IMG/VR virus record: IMGVR_UViG_3300032216_000715
Location: 1-57,150 of that record
DNA from: a virus
Lineage: Duplodnaviria > Caudoviricetes
DNA length: 57,150 bases
Reading direction: 5' to 3' (one strand)
Every line of letters begins with the position of its first letter. Positions within the stretch are counted from its first letter, which is position 1. The notes below the pieces were generated by a model. The model searched no databases. It was given only the letters and a program-made list of their open reading frames with translations, and was not told the DNA's origin. A program made the translations under genes and the position numbers. Below, in pieces: positions 14,153 to 25,112 of this stretch.

Positions 14153-17089
14153 GTGGATACAAAACAGTTTTTAGAGACCGTCCTTCCAACACAAGGGACG
14201 TACTGCGTCGGAACCCTTAAGAATAAGGTGTTCCAGAATTTCTTTGGCGATACCATCGACTGGGCGGCTGAGATTGCTGCTGGGATTGATGGTCGCCAAA
14301 GGGATACCTACTTCGCCCTTGCATCGTTTGATGGCAAAGGCTCCCGCACACAGGATAAAGTCCTCTGGGTTAAGTCGTTCTGGCTGGACATCGACACGCA
14401 AGAGTCGAAGCCCAACGAGCCATACGCCACCCGTAAGGTCGCTGTTCAGGAACTCCGTAAGTTCTGCGCCTCCGTGGGTCTCCCTTTCCCCATGCTGGTG
14501 TCGTCAGGCTATGGCATCCATGCCTACTGGCCGCTTACCGATAACATCGACGGGGTTACTTGGAAGGGCACTGCCACCCTCCTCAAGCAAGCCTGTCGTA
14601 TATGGGGTCTAGCTGCTGACGCATCACGCACGTCAGACAGCGCGTCAGTTCTACGCCCAGTTGGTATGCGCAACTTCAAGTTGGACGCACCTAAGGAAGT
14701 CAAGCTGCTGACATCGGTAGACCCCGTAGCGTTTTCATACATCCACGATGCACTCGTGGCCTACCTCACCGCCAACAAGGCCATGCCATCGGTCCCGCTG
14801 CCCAAGGTCGAGAACATCAACTCGGACCTCATGACGCAGCCGACTGCTCTGCCATCCAGTGGACATCGCATCGCTAAGCACTGTGCGGTAATCCAAAAGC
14901 TCCGCGACACCGCTGGCGATCTGCCGCAGCCTGAGTGGTACTACGGCCTCCAAGTCGTTGCTTTCACTGAGGAAGCTGACGCGCTCTGCCACGAGTGGTC
15001 CATGGGCCACCCGCAGTACGATGCCCGCGAGACGCAGGCTAAGATCGACCAAGCCAAGCGCTACGCGCCTACGTCTTGCGAGAAACTTCGTGAGTATAAC
15101 GAGTCGGCCTGCGCTGCCTGCCCTCACTTCGGGAAGATCAAATCTCCCATCGTGCTGGGCACAGAAAAGCACGAGCCGCAGTACATCCAGATTCCGGGCA
15201 CCACGGAAATCCCTGACCAGCCTCACAAGTTCCTACCCATGATGCCTAAGGGCTTTGGCTGGGGGCCAGTGAAGAACGAGGCAGGGGCCAAGCCTATGCT
15301 TTGGGGTACGACATTCGTTAAGATCGAGAAGGATGACGGCACCACTGGCTGGGACCAAGAGAAGACACCCATCACCGACAGCCTGTTCTTCCCCGTCGCC
15401 CGCATCCGCGACGAAGCCAAGTCGCACAGCATGATGATCTGCGTGTGGCGGCATGATGGTACGCAGGACGAGTTCATTATTGATAACAGCCTCGCAGTTG
15501 ATCTTCGTGAACTGCAAAAGGAGTTAGCTCGTAGGGAAATTGTGATTATGAACAACGCTGAGAACTTGCTCAAAGACTACCTCAAGGCATGGATTGCTGA
15601 CCTGCGCGACAATAGCCAGATTACAGCGTCCTCACCTCAATTCGGGTGGACAAATGATGGTTTCCTTGTCGCTGACAAAATCATAACACCTGAGGGCGAA
15701 CGCACGGCTATCCTAACAGGCACTGCCTTCAAGATGGTCAAGCACATGATGCCTAAAGGCGACCTCGATAAGTGGGTCCACCATGTGAACCGGCTCTACA
15801 ACCATAAGGGCTTGGAACATCATCAGTACTGCATCCTCGCATCGTTCGCATCGCCGCTCATCGAACTACTTGGTGTGGGGGGCGCGCTGATTTACGCCTA
15901 TTCGGCTGAGGGCGGTGACGGTAAAACCACGGCCCAGCAGGTGGCATTCTCAGTATGGGGTAACACCAAGAAGGGTGAGCTTATCCTTGCTCGTGACAGT
16001 TTTACTGAGAACGGTGTCGAGGGCCAGTGCGGAGCGCTGCGCAATCTACCGTTGGTGATCGACGAGCTGTCAAGCTGTACCCCTGAGTTTGCTGGCGACT
16101 TCCTGTACGCTGTGGAGAACGGCTCCGGCAAAAAGCGCATGTCCCGTGACCTCAGCCTGCGCGACTCGCAGAACTGGGCACTCATCGCCATGGGTTCAGG
16201 TAACAAGCGGTTTAGCGAAAAGGTCCTTTCTGTAGACCCTGACGCCACAGCCAAGCTCATGCGCCTGTGGGAGTTTTCGCTGGAAGGTGATCCTCAGTTT
16301 GCCATCGACGTAAACGAAGCTAACGTGCTGACCGCAGAACTTCTCCAGTGTTGGGGACATGCAGGGCCGATCTACGCCAAGTATCTCGTGGATAACCGTG
16401 AAGCCATTACAGCCCGCCTCATCCAGACACGGGCAGACTTCGTGAGCAAGCACAACATAACACCAAAAGAACGTTACTGGTCTGCGCTTCATGCTTGCGT
16501 TCTTATGGCTCAGGAGCTGACATCACAGCTAGGCTTGTTGAGCTTCGACCGTCAGGGCATCGAGAACTGGATTGCCTCAGAGCTTGCCAACACGCGGGGT
16601 GTGGTCGTTCACTCCAAGTCAACGCCACTTGAGCTTATGTCTAAGATGTTATCTGACCTATTTCCGGGCATTCTTGTCACTATCGGTGAGGGTAGCCTGC
16701 ATCGCAACAATCCAGAGTCAGCACATGTCGAGCACCACCCACGCGGAGAAGTATGGGGCCGACATGTCCTACCCAAGGGTACGGACCCTGAGCGTATGCA
16801 CATCAGCACATCGGCGGCTCGTACATGGTGCACCAAGAACAACACATCACTTGAGTTCATCTGGTCGGAAATGGTTAAGCTGCAAATCTTCAAGAAGGAA
16901 GACGAGCGGGTGTCATTCGGTCGGGGTGTTAGGCAGTATTCCGGTGTCGGGGGAGGTGTCCGCTCCATTGCCATCGACATGAACCGGCTGAAGAATAGCG
17001 GAGCACAGCTCCCATTTGTACCAATTGTGCAGGCTGTACAATCGTCACCGCCTCAGTCAGACTCGATTGACATGGCTGGAGCTGCGTGA
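14153..17089 (+). CDS. Primase-helicase fusion (AEP-like primase, Cys-rich linker, DUF927-type helicase)
   Basis: WLDID, SSGYGIHAYW, LRPVG; C..C..CPH; Walker A GGDGKTT, Walker B LVIDE, G.GK.R. Confidence 0.85.
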   Translation: MDTKQFLETVLPTQGTYCVGTLKNKVFQNFFGDTIDWAAEIAAGIDGRQRDTYFALASFDGKGSRTQDKVLWVKSFWLDIDTQESKPNEPYATRKVAVQELRKFCASVGLPFPMLVSSGYGIHAYWPLTDNIDGVTWKGTATLLKQACRIWGLAADASRTSDSASVLRPVGMRNFKLDAPKEVKLLTSVDPVAFSYIHDALVAYLTANKAMPSVPLPKVENINSDLMTQPTALPSSGHRIAKHCAVIQKLRDTAGDLPQPEWYYGLQVVAFTEEADALCHEWSMGHPQYDARETQAKIDQAKRYAPTSCEKLREYNESACAACPHFGKIKSPIVLGTEKHEPQYIQIPGTTEIPDQPHKFLPMMPKGFGWGPVKNEAGAKPMLWGTTFVKIEKDDGTTGWDQEKTPITDSLFFPVARIRDEAKSHSMMICVWRHDGTQDEFIIDNSLAVDLRELQKELARREIVIMNNAENLLKDYLKAWIADLRDNSQITASSPQFGWTNDGFLVADKIITPEGERTAILTGTAFKMVKHMMPKGDLDKWVHHVNRLYNHKGLEHHQYCILASFASPLIELLGVGGALIYAYSAEGGDGKTTAQQVAFSVWGNTKKGELILARDSFTENGVEGQCGALRNLPLVIDELSSCTPEFAGDFLYAVENGSGKKRMSRDLSLRDSQNWALIAMGSGNKRFSEKVLSVDPDATAKLMRLWEFSLEGDPQFAIDVNEANVLTAELLQCWGHAGPIYAKYLVDNREAITARLIQTRADFVSKHNITPKERYWSALHACVLMAQELTSQLGLLSFDRQGIENWIASELANTRGVVVHSKSTPLELMSKMLSDLFPGILVTIGEGSLHRNNPESAHVEHHPRGEVWGRHVLPKGTDPERMHISTSAARTWCTKNNTSLEFIWSEMVKLQIFKKEDERVSFGRGVRQYSGVGGGVRSIAIDMNRLKNSGAQLPFVPIVQAVQSSPPQSDSIDMAGAA

Positions 17090-17143
17090 TACCGCGCAAT
17101 CCAGCGTGAAGTGATCTTCTTGCTGGTCTCTCCTCAGACTTGC

Positions 17144-17176
17144 CCCGCCGACTGTAATGGTCGGCGGGGTTTTTTA
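17144..17176 (+). terminator. Intrinsic terminator at the convergence of the two arms
   Basis: CCCCGCCGAC-tgtaatg-GTCGGCGGGG followed by TTTTTT. Confidence 0.9.
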
Positions 17177-20100
17177 TTACTCTTCTTCGGCCTGAGCTTC
17201 CCTGAAGCGCTTGTCCTTAGCGCGGTACTGGATGCCACCGACAGTCATCTCTTCCTGCTGCCGCTGCTCGGCCTTTGCCTTCAGCAAGATAGAAATCGGC
17301 TGGCGCTTCTTGCCCTGCTTCTCACGAGCATCTTGCATCGTCCGCCACTCGGCCTTGATATCTTCGCGGCGCTTAGGCTGATTATTGTCCACTGCCTGCA
17401 CATACTGCCGCTTAAGCTTCGAGGTCTTGTCTTTGAAGAATTGGTCAAGAACCTTCTCAGCTTCCTGCTTGCGGAACCGCTCAGATGTCTTGACCGACTG
17501 GACACCCAGCAGGGTTTTGGCCGTGTCGAAGTAGCTCACGTCTTCCTTCGAGATTAGCTTGTCGTCCTTGTAGTTGGTCACACCTTCAGTGGCTTCGCGG
17601 TAAGCAGTTACAGCATTGGTGAAACCCTTCGGCAGCATTTTCTCAAGGCCACGGTAATAATCTTCACGGCCTTCCATCAACCCATCATAGGTCTGCTTCA
17701 TGGCAATCCCGATGTCGCGCAGGGTTGCAGGACCAGCGCCAGCTAGATCGAACGCCGCCTTGGCAACGCCCTCCTTGGTGAGTTCCAACTTGGTGTAAGG
17801 CAAGATAGAAAACGTGTTGCCGAAACCCAGCATTCCCGACAAGTTGATGTCAGCCAGTGACGGTACACCGTAGATCAGCAGATCAGCGACAGTCTCGTCA
17901 CCCACAGCCTTACGAATCTGGTTGTCAGCTTCGGCTGGCTCGTCGTCATCTCCGAAGAAGGTGTTGTACAGCCAGATCAAAAGCGCTGCACCCGGCAGAG
18001 AGCGGATGCCGCCCATGAGCGCAGCCGTGCCAAGCTGATACTTGAGTGCTTGACGAGCGATAGCACGTTCTTCTGGTGTGATGTTAGGGTCAGTAAACCC
18101 GTTCTGGATGTGCCGCATCAACAGAGTAATCTGCATGAGCTGGAACTTACGGAACTGGAACGGAATACCGCCAGCGCCCTGCATGTAGCGGGGAGCGTTG
18201 AAGCCGTCGTAGGTTCCCATGGTGTTACGCACTAGGTCAGTGGCGTAATTGATAGCTTTTTGGCGGTTGCCCGTGCGCTCAAGTTCTAAACGATAAGCTG
18301 CAATCGCCGTCACCGTGCGGTTGATGGACTCCTGCTTGCGTGTGAGGTCTTGGGCGACGTTCGTCGCAGCAACACCGACCTGCATTGCCTTGTCGAGGCT
18401 CTCGCCTGTCTGGCCCCACTTCTCGCCAGCGCGTCCGCGCAGAGACTGCATGTTACCAAGGTCTGCGTCGAGGCCTACGTCAATGAGGCTGATGTCTGCC
18501 AGACGCTGAACGACATCGCGTACATCCGCAGGCAGCTCGTCGATATTCAGAGATTCGGTCCACTTGGTGTCTTTCCAAGCCTTGGCGACCTCTTCCATGC
18601 CACCGTTGATGAGCTTCACAGCCTTGGTCAGTCCGCCACGAGCAGCAAGCTCAGGGCCAGCCATCATTGGAACCTGCGTGAAGTTCTGGATGTAGAAAGA
18701 TGGCGAGAACGCAATTTTATAGATCGCGGTCAGGCGCTTCATGGTTTCCACGAGGCTGTTAGGCGAGGCGCGCAAGCTCGACATGTGACGCAGCAGGATT
18801 TCATCGCGGAACTTGCTGGCCTCCATGGGATCAGGTGCGGAGCGAACTTCCTTGTTCATCCCGTTGACCGCTTCCATAAGCATGTCGTTGTTCTTGAGCG
18901 ACGCAATGTGATACGCCATCGCCCGCGACTGCGTGGCAAAGTTACGCACCATGTCCAAATCGCCGCCGTAGACGTTCTTACGCTTAATTTCTGACTTGCG
19001 GGCTGAAGCGTTCGACATCGACATAACATGCAGGTCAGTGATGACCGACTGCAACGTCCGCTTGGCCTGTTCGCTGAGACCGTCACGAGCTTCGAGCGCC
19101 TTGAAGATGCGCTGGAATGCTTGGAACGTTTCACGTCCGCCAGCAATCTCGTTGACTACCGTGTCATCGGTTGTTGCGATAACGCTTGAATACAGCCCCA
19201 AGTCTTTCAGACGCTTAGCTTCGGCCTTGGCTTCTGCCTCAGTCTCAAATTTGTTAAAGTAGTTGTGTTCGGGCGCTGACTGAAGCTCCTGAATGAGCTT
19301 GTTGTCCTTAGCTTCCTGAGCAGCAACATACTCTTCGGACTTGGCGGAAACGGCAAACTTTCCCTGACGGCGCAGAGAAGCATACGGCTTGGTCGGATCG
19401 ACGCGGAACATCAGCGTCTTCTGAGCACGGAGACCTTCACGCTCCCGCTTCAGATCAGCGACCTGCTTCTTGTCGTTGGCAGCTTCAGCCTCTTGGATCA
19501 AACGCTCATACGGCTCGTCGATGGCAGCATCGACTGTATCCATGAGCTGCTGACGAAGATCATTGTTCTCTTGGAACACCTCACGGACGAACAGCTTGCC
19601 TTCAGCAGGCAAAGCATCGAAGCGCTTCTGAAGTTCAGGATCAACCTCATACGAGCCTTCTTTCAGCCAAGAAGGCTTGAACGCCCACTTGCCCGACATC
19701 GTGGAGTCTTGGAGAAGTGTGTTCACAGCTCCACCCACTTCGCGCAGGTTTGCAGGCAGCGAGTCAAAGGTTTCCAAAACCTTGGAAATGCGCTGCTCAA
19801 TTTTGTAGCGAACACGCGCCTTATCCAGCTCGATGTCTTGGTAGACGCCAGCAGATGGGAGGCCAGCCTTCTCGGCAGCCTCGATCAACGTGTGTGTCAT
19901 CGCCTTCCGGGCAAATTTGTCGAAGACTTCATTGAACTTGCGCGCGAGGAAACCCGTCTGGTCGCCCACCGATGGCGGGACGTTTTTGTTTTCGAGACGG
20001 GTCTCGATCTTCTGGTTAACTTCCTCAGCTTTAGCGGCAGTCTTAGCCTCCGATGCAGAAGGGGTTGACTTGGGAGCAGGTGTAGAAGCGGGAGCCGCCT

Positions 20101-23100
20101 TTGAAGCAGGTGCAGAGGCGGGTTGGGGCGTAGGAGCAGGCGCAGTTTGTGAAGCTGGACGCGCAGGAGCTTCAAACTTCGCAGGCAGGTCGCCGCCGCT
20201 CAGGACCTTGGTGCCCTGATTGAGGTCGATCTGGATATGGGAGGGGCCATTGCCTTCCGATATCTTTGTGATGGCATCAGACACCTTTGATCGGGTGGCT
20301 GCGTTGTCTGGCATCGAGAAGGTTTTAGGTGATAGTGAAAGTCCAGTGCTAGCAGGAGCGACACCATCTGGAGCAGTGGTCGCGTACTTAGGCAATTGAC
20401 TGTCTATAAAATCCTTTACCTGTTGCTGAACCCCTTTTTCACTAGCCCGCTGGGGCTGAGAGGCAAGCTGCTCCGCAACCTCATTTAACATCGAGATGAG
20501 GCCGTCGCCATCCGTCACCACGCCGTCACGTATGTACGCCGACACAGCAAAGTGATTGCCGCGATCACCAAATGTCGCGTCGATTGATTTGCGACTCACT
20601 GAAACGCGAATGATGTTCTGACCGTTTCGATTGTGCCTATAAACTTCAATTACTTGATTTGGTAAATTGTTATTAGCTGAAAATTTAGAGTCAGTGACAT
20701 GGTGCCATTCACTGTTAACCCAATCAGGGTTTTTACCGAGATCGACGGTGCGAAGTCCGTCAGGATAATAATCAATCTTGCTGTGGAAGTCGGTGTCTGG
20801 TTTCAGAGCGCCCTTACCCCTTGCGCGCTCTTCCTGACGCTGTGACGACACCTCTTTTTCACCGGACCCTTCGACCTTTTGAACAAAAGTGGTCTTGTAG
20901 TCTTCAGCAGTAAGCTCAAACAACGGGTTGACGACATCAATAAAATGCGCAAGCGCCGACGTGTCGTTAGGCGAGATGCCAAGCAACGAGCGGAACGCAT
21001 CAACAAACTGGCTAAATACTGACTTGCGCGGTCCGACCTCGATGGAGGTTAGATACTCTTTTGCCAAATCATTGGTCATGCTCCACGCCAAGAACTCATC
21101 CATGTTTTTGAACGCGTTAGTCCTGTTTTCATACATGGCCAGCTCGAACTCAGTTAGCCCAGCCTTACCAAGCTTCTTTACGCGACCATTAAAATGGTTA
21201 ATAACTTTATTACGCAAGCTGTTGAGATCGTTGACAAACTGCACCATCTCAGGTGTGCCGCGTCCGTTCCTCACAGCAAGAATCACACCGCTCGAAATAG
21301 CGTGGAGCGCCTCGTGCAAAATTGTCTCAGTGGTATTGCCAGCCCTACCTAGTTTGGGTGAGCGAAGATACACGTCAACTTTCCGTGTTTTCAGGTCAGT
21401 GTCAACCAGCCCACGGGCACTACCTACAGCAATGGCGGACGGAGACTTGTCGCCCTGCTGCAAGATGTGAAGGTTGATATCAGCTCCAGCCTCTTGAAGC
21501 TGTCCAACAAGCTGATTCAAACGATCCGCAAGGCGAGTATCAAACGCGTTGAAATCACCGTTTCTGTTGCTGGCAATATGGTCCAGCAGATCATTCAGTG
21601 TGCGTCCACGGAAAGTGTCGATGTCTACTTCAGTGCCACCAATAATCGAGCCAGATGCAGCGCTCTGTCTTTCTTCGCGGTTTGCGGGGCTAAGCTTGAG
21701 CGCCCCATTCTTTAGGGTGTCACTACGAAGCGATGTCACGTTCTTGTCGTTACGCTCACCTGCGTTGATCGACTGGAAGATGGCTTTGGCTTCAGCGAAC
21801 GCAGGCTTGTTAAAGCCAAGGCGAACAGTGTTGAAGAAGTTACGCATACGCTGAAACACGCCACGGATGCCGGGGGCAATGGCTTTTTGCGTCCGCATCC
21901 ACTCGCGGAACTTCTCGGCGACAGCTTCTTCGATCAGAGACTCTTCGCTCAGGCCCTTCCAGTTGTCGCGTATATGCGTCATCAGATTTTTGTCTGCCTT
22001 GACGATGGCTGTCAAGGTGGCCCACTCATCCTCTGTAATGAGGTTGGCATCACGCATGTAGTGGATCGCTTCGTGGTGAAGCGTCTCAAGGGCTTTAGTG
22101 AAATCGTTGAACACAACGTTGATAAGTGCCCTGAAGCCTGAGCGTACTTCAGCCACACTGCCCGCCTGATACGTGCCTTCGGCCTTACCTTGCGCGGTCT
22201 CGATAAGGTCCGCCACAACTCCCAAGCCAACCTTATTCAGGCCTAGCCGCTCAAGCTCACGCTGTAGTTCGTCAGTCATCGTAGCGCGCTCAGCACGCGT
22301 GGACTCTTTCAGCCTCTCGCCTTTTGCACCTGTCGTTTTGGCCTTGGACTTGTTGCGCGCCGTGGCATCCTTGACGGCCTGCTGAATTACCGCAGGCTCT
22401 ACCCGCATAGCAATCATAGACTTTAACTGCACAGACTGCTGAGGTGTGATCTCACCCATGTCACGAGCGGTGTCGATCTGGCCGCTTACGTTCTGGTAAG
22501 CATACAGCTCCACGCCTTCGAGGTTCGGGACTTCGACAGTCTCTTGCTTGGCCTTGGACTCAGCAATGCGCGCTTCCTGCTCAGCCTTGGCAGCCGCCTC
22601 CCGCTTTTTGGCCTCAGCCAGTTTCTGAGCTGGGGTCTTTGGTTTTACTTTTTTCCTTTTTTCGGCGATTGCCTTGATTTGCTCAAGGCGATTGCTACGG
22701 CCTGCTTCTGCGGCCTGCCGCTTTTCATCAACTCGCTGACGTTCGCTGACACTACCTTTTGGCTTTTGCCCTTCTTTAGCGGCACGAGCTTTCTCCTTGA
22801 GTTTGGTGGATACAGTAACCTTGGGGGCCGGAGCAGCTACAGGCGCAGGAGCCTTAGCCGCCGCAGCCGCAGTAGCCTTGCGAACCTTGCCGGTGGGCGT
22901 GAACATCTCACCCTGCTTGGCAGCACGGCGCTCAGCGCGCTCGTTGGACTTCGCCAGCGCACGATCTTCCTTGGCCTGACGACGGGCAGCGGCTTTCTGC
23001 TGCGCCTCGATGTCGGCGTCGGTCAGCTCACGCTGCATCTCAAGCTGGAAGTTCTCCGGCGTAGTGCGGTTCGTCTTGCCTGCTGGCATTGGCGCAGGCT

Positions 23101-25099
23101 TAGGAGTCATCGACGCTGTTGGTGCACGAGACCCGGCTTCACGAATCTGCGCTTCCATGGAAGCAGTGCCGCTCTCAGCCTGCTGCTGACGCATGTCATC
23201 CTCAGCCAGCTTCTGCTTATACTCGGCAACCGTCATGTCCATTTGAGCGGCTTCTGCCGCCAGACGCTGCTCAGCACCGACCGCAGCCTTGGTCAGCTCA
23301 ATCTGCTCTTGCGCTGTGATTTCAGGGTTAAACCCGTTGCGCTTCAGCAGCGCAGTAAACCGTGCCACAGGGTCACGGGTCTTAGGGTCTTTGGCAACAG
23401 CTTCGAGGAAGCCCTTGCGGTGGATGCCTTCCACTTCCTTGGCAGCGTTGTCGAGCTGCATCTTACGCTCGGCGTCAATGCGTGCCTGCTCTGCCGCAAG
23501 CTGAGCTTGCTCCTGCTGACGCACAGCCTGAACACGGGCAAGCTCGTTGGCATTATTCTGGGCGGCGGTTTCAGCCACCAGTGCAGGGTTGGTCGCACGT
23601 TCGTCTGCGGCCATGGCTTCGTCGCGCAGTGCAACATAATCACCCAGCATCAGCGCGGCCTTAGCCACCAATGGAGCGCGCTGAGCAGCAACCTCTTCAC
23701 CGTGCATGTCGGCGTCAATGTCACGCTTCAAGTTGCGGACGAGGTTAGGGATGGACTTTGCGTTGGGCGAGTTGATCGCACGATGCAGGCGCGCACCAAG
23801 TGACTTGGTGAAATCGTCGGCTTCGGTTTCACCGGCCAATGATGTTATGATGTTGTCGCGGCTGTACAACTGACCCAGCTCATCGAGGGCCATGCGTGGG
23901 TTTTCACGGATGGTGTCCATGTTGACCGTAGCGTTACCGTCTGCATCCTGCACAACAAAGCTTGGCGTGGCAGCGGGCGGAGTCGCCGGAGCTTGCGTCC
24001 CACCTTCGGTATTCAGAAGATCAGAGCCAGCATTTTCCGTGGACGGCTTATTCTCAGCAGCTTTACGATTGCCTGTAAGCAAGCGCACGCCACCGCCCAT
24101 GACGATGCCTCCGCCAAAACCGCCAGCCGCAGAGTCAATATACTCACCCATGGCTTCACGGGAGAACAAGTCTTTACGCGCGCCTGTGCGCTCGATTGCC
24201 GTCTGAACAGCTTCGGTCCCCGCTTCTTCAGCGCCGATCTTCAGCATATCCTTGCCGAACTCTTTAACCCCTTGGCCAAACAGTCGCTTACCAGCTCCGC
24301 TGGCTATGGCTTCAGCAACTTTCGCCTCACCACCTGAGATGGTGTCCAGCGCTGCGGATGCCATCGACGCTCGAATAGCAAGCGGCAGGTCTTGGAACCC
24401 ACGCTCTTTTTGGCTGGCAAGAACCTCATCCAGAGTCGCGCCGTAGCTCAGCCCACCCATGACTGCTTGCGCAGCACGAGGACTACGAGTCAGCAGACCC
24501 GCCCCCAACCCGATTGCGGCGGGGGCAGCGTTGCGTACGCCTTGCTCAAACATGTAACCGGCAGTCTCGCCAAACCCTGCCCCTTGGCTAGGCGCTCGAA
24601 ATGTTCCGGGGCCAGCCAGTGCCTGCTGGCGCTTACCTTCTTCTACAAGAGCTGTTGTTACTGGCTGCACATATGGGCGATAGGCTTCACCAACCTGTCG
24701 CACGGTAGGTTCTGCGGCACGGCGCAAGGCCGCTCCGGCTGTGTTACCTTTTCGAGCCTCTTCACGCGCAGCCGCTGCCTGTTGAGGTGAAGTTCCTGCG
24801 GCGCTAAGAATGTCAGCTACACTTGAAGCCGCCTCGGAAAACGTCTCCGGCAGATATTCTACCAGACGACCGATGCCAGATTCAACGACACCAAGGTTTG
24901 CGCGACCAGCCTTTGTCCAAAAACCCTCATCGGATTCCTTGGTTTCAGGCGCAGGACGTTGAGCAGGTTCAGCCTGTCGAGGTTTGGGAGTGTTATACTC
25001 GAAGCCCGGATCGTCCGAAAACAATCCCCGACGATTTGAAGTGGGGATGCCTTGACGCGGCTTTGCACCGAACCCCGGATCGTCGGAAAACATCGACAT
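17177..25099 (-). CDS. Large polyvalent / ejection (internal virion) protein, 2640 aa
   Basis: Last gene of the virion arm; two HExxH motifs (HEAIH, HEALH); YASLRRQGKF (PLxRFG-like) and C-terminal FQFRKFQ region resembling LPD38-type domains. Confidence 0.75.
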   Translation of the reverse strand: MSMFSDDPGFGAKPRQGIPTSNRRGLFSDDPGFEYNTPKPRQAEPAQRPAPETKESDEGFWTKAGRANLGVVESGIGRLVEYLPETFSEAASSVADILSAAGTSPQQAAAAREEARKGNTAGAALRRAAEPTVRQVGEAYRPYVQPVTTALVEEGKRQQALAGPGTFRAPSQGAGFGETAGYMFEQGVRNAAPAAIGLGAGLLTRSPRAAQAVMGGLSYGATLDEVLASQKERGFQDLPLAIRASMASAALDTISGGEAKVAEAIASGAGKRLFGQGVKEFGKDMLKIGAEEAGTEAVQTAIERTGARKDLFSREAMGEYIDSAAGGFGGGIVMGGGVRLLTGNRKAAENKPSTENAGSDLLNTEGGTQAPATPPAATPSFVVQDADGNATVNMDTIRENPRMALDELGQLYSRDNIITSLAGETEADDFTKSLGARLHRAINSPNAKSIPNLVRNLKRDIDADMHGEEVAAQRAPLVAKAALMLGDYVALRDEAMAADERATNPALVAETAAQNNANELARVQAVRQQEQAQLAAEQARIDAERKMQLDNAAKEVEGIHRKGFLEAVAKDPKTRDPVARFTALLKRNGFNPEITAQEQIELTKAAVGAEQRLAAEAAQMDMTVAEYKQKLAEDDMRQQQAESGTASMEAQIREAGSRAPTASMTPKPAPMPAGKTNRTTPENFQLEMQRELTDADIEAQQKAAARRQAKEDRALAKSNERAERRAAKQGEMFTPTGKVRKATAAAAAKAPAPVAAPAPKVTVSTKLKEKARAAKEGQKPKGSVSERQRVDEKRQAAEAGRSNRLEQIKAIAEKRKKVKPKTPAQKLAEAKKREAAAKAEQEARIAESKAKQETVEVPNLEGVELYAYQNVSGQIDTARDMGEITPQQSVQLKSMIAMRVEPAVIQQAVKDATARNKSKAKTTGAKGERLKESTRAERATMTDELQRELERLGLNKVGLGVVADLIETAQGKAEGTYQAGSVAEVRSGFRALINVVFNDFTKALETLHHEAIHYMRDANLITEDEWATLTAIVKADKNLMTHIRDNWKGLSEESLIEEAVAEKFREWMRTQKAIAPGIRGVFQRMRNFFNTVRLGFNKPAFAEAKAIFQSINAGERNDKNVTSLRSDTLKNGALKLSPANREERQSAASGSIIGGTEVDIDTFRGRTLNDLLDHIASNRNGDFNAFDTRLADRLNQLVGQLQEAGADINLHILQQGDKSPSAIAVGSARGLVDTDLKTRKVDVYLRSPKLGRAGNTTETILHEALHAISSGVILAVRNGRGTPEMVQFVNDLNSLRNKVINHFNGRVKKLGKAGLTEFELAMYENRTNAFKNMDEFLAWSMTNDLAKEYLTSIEVGPRKSVFSQFVDAFRSLLGISPNDTSALAHFIDVVNPLFELTAEDYKTTFVQKVEGSGEKEVSSQRQEERARGKGALKPDTDFHSKIDYYPDGLRTVDLGKNPDWVNSEWHHVTDSKFSANNNLPNQVIEVYRHNRNGQNIIRVSVSRKSIDATFGDRGNHFAVSAYIRDGVVTDGDGLISMLNEVAEQLASQPQRASEKGVQQQVKDFIDSQLPKYATTAPDGVAPASTGLSLSPKTFSMPDNAATRSKVSDAITKISEGNGPSHIQIDLNQGTKVLSGGDLPAKFEAPARPASQTAPAPTPQPASAPASKAAPASTPAPKSTPSASEAKTAAKAEEVNQKIETRLENKNVPPSVGDQTGFLARKFNEVFDKFARKAMTHTLIEAAEKAGLPSAGVYQDIELDKARVRYKIEQRISKVLETFDSLPANLREVGGAVNTLLQDSTMSGKWAFKPSWLKEGSYEVDPELQKRFDALPAEGKLFVREVFQENNDLRQQLMDTVDAAIDEPYERLIQEAEAANDKKQVADLKREREGLRAQKTLMFRVDPTKPYASLRRQGKFAVSAKSEEYVAAQEAKDNKLIQELQSAPEHNYFNKFETEAEAKAEAKRLKDLGLYSSVIATTDDTVVNEIAGGRETFQAFQRIFKALEARDGLSEQAKRTLQSVITDLHVMSMSNASARKSEIKRKNVYGGDLDMVRNFATQSRAMAYHIASLKNNDMLMEAVNGMNKEVRSAPDPMEASKFRDEILLRHMSSLRASPNSLVETMKRLTAIYKIAFSPSFYIQNFTQVPMMAGPELAARGGLTKAVKLINGGMEEVAKAWKDTKWTESLNIDELPADVRDVVQRLADISLIDVGLDADLGNMQSLRGRAGEKWGQTGESLDKAMQVGVAATNVAQDLTRKQESINRTVTAIAAYRLELERTGNRQKAINYATDLVRNTMGTYDGFNAPRYMQGAGGIPFQFRKFQLMQITLLMRHIQNGFTDPNITPEERAIARQALKYQLGTAALMGGIRSLPGAALLIWLYNTFFGDDDEPAEADNQIRKAVGDETVADLLIYGVPSLADINLSGMLGFGNTFSILPYTKLELTKEGVAKAAFDLAGAGPATLRDIGIAMKQTYDGLMEGREDYYRGLEKMLPKGFTNAVTAYREATEGVTNYKDDKLISKEDVSYFDTAKTLLGVQSVKTSERFRKQEAEKVLDQFFKDKTSKLKRQYVQAVDNNQPKRREDIKAEWRTMQDAREKQGKKRQPISILLKAKAEQRQQEEMTVGGIQYRAKDKRFREAQAEEE

Positions 25100-25112
25100 A
25101 TTTTACCCTCTA

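Noticed and set aside
22544-23803. 419-aa + strand ORF
   Set aside because: Antisense shadow of the 2640-aa gene; no RBS or motifs
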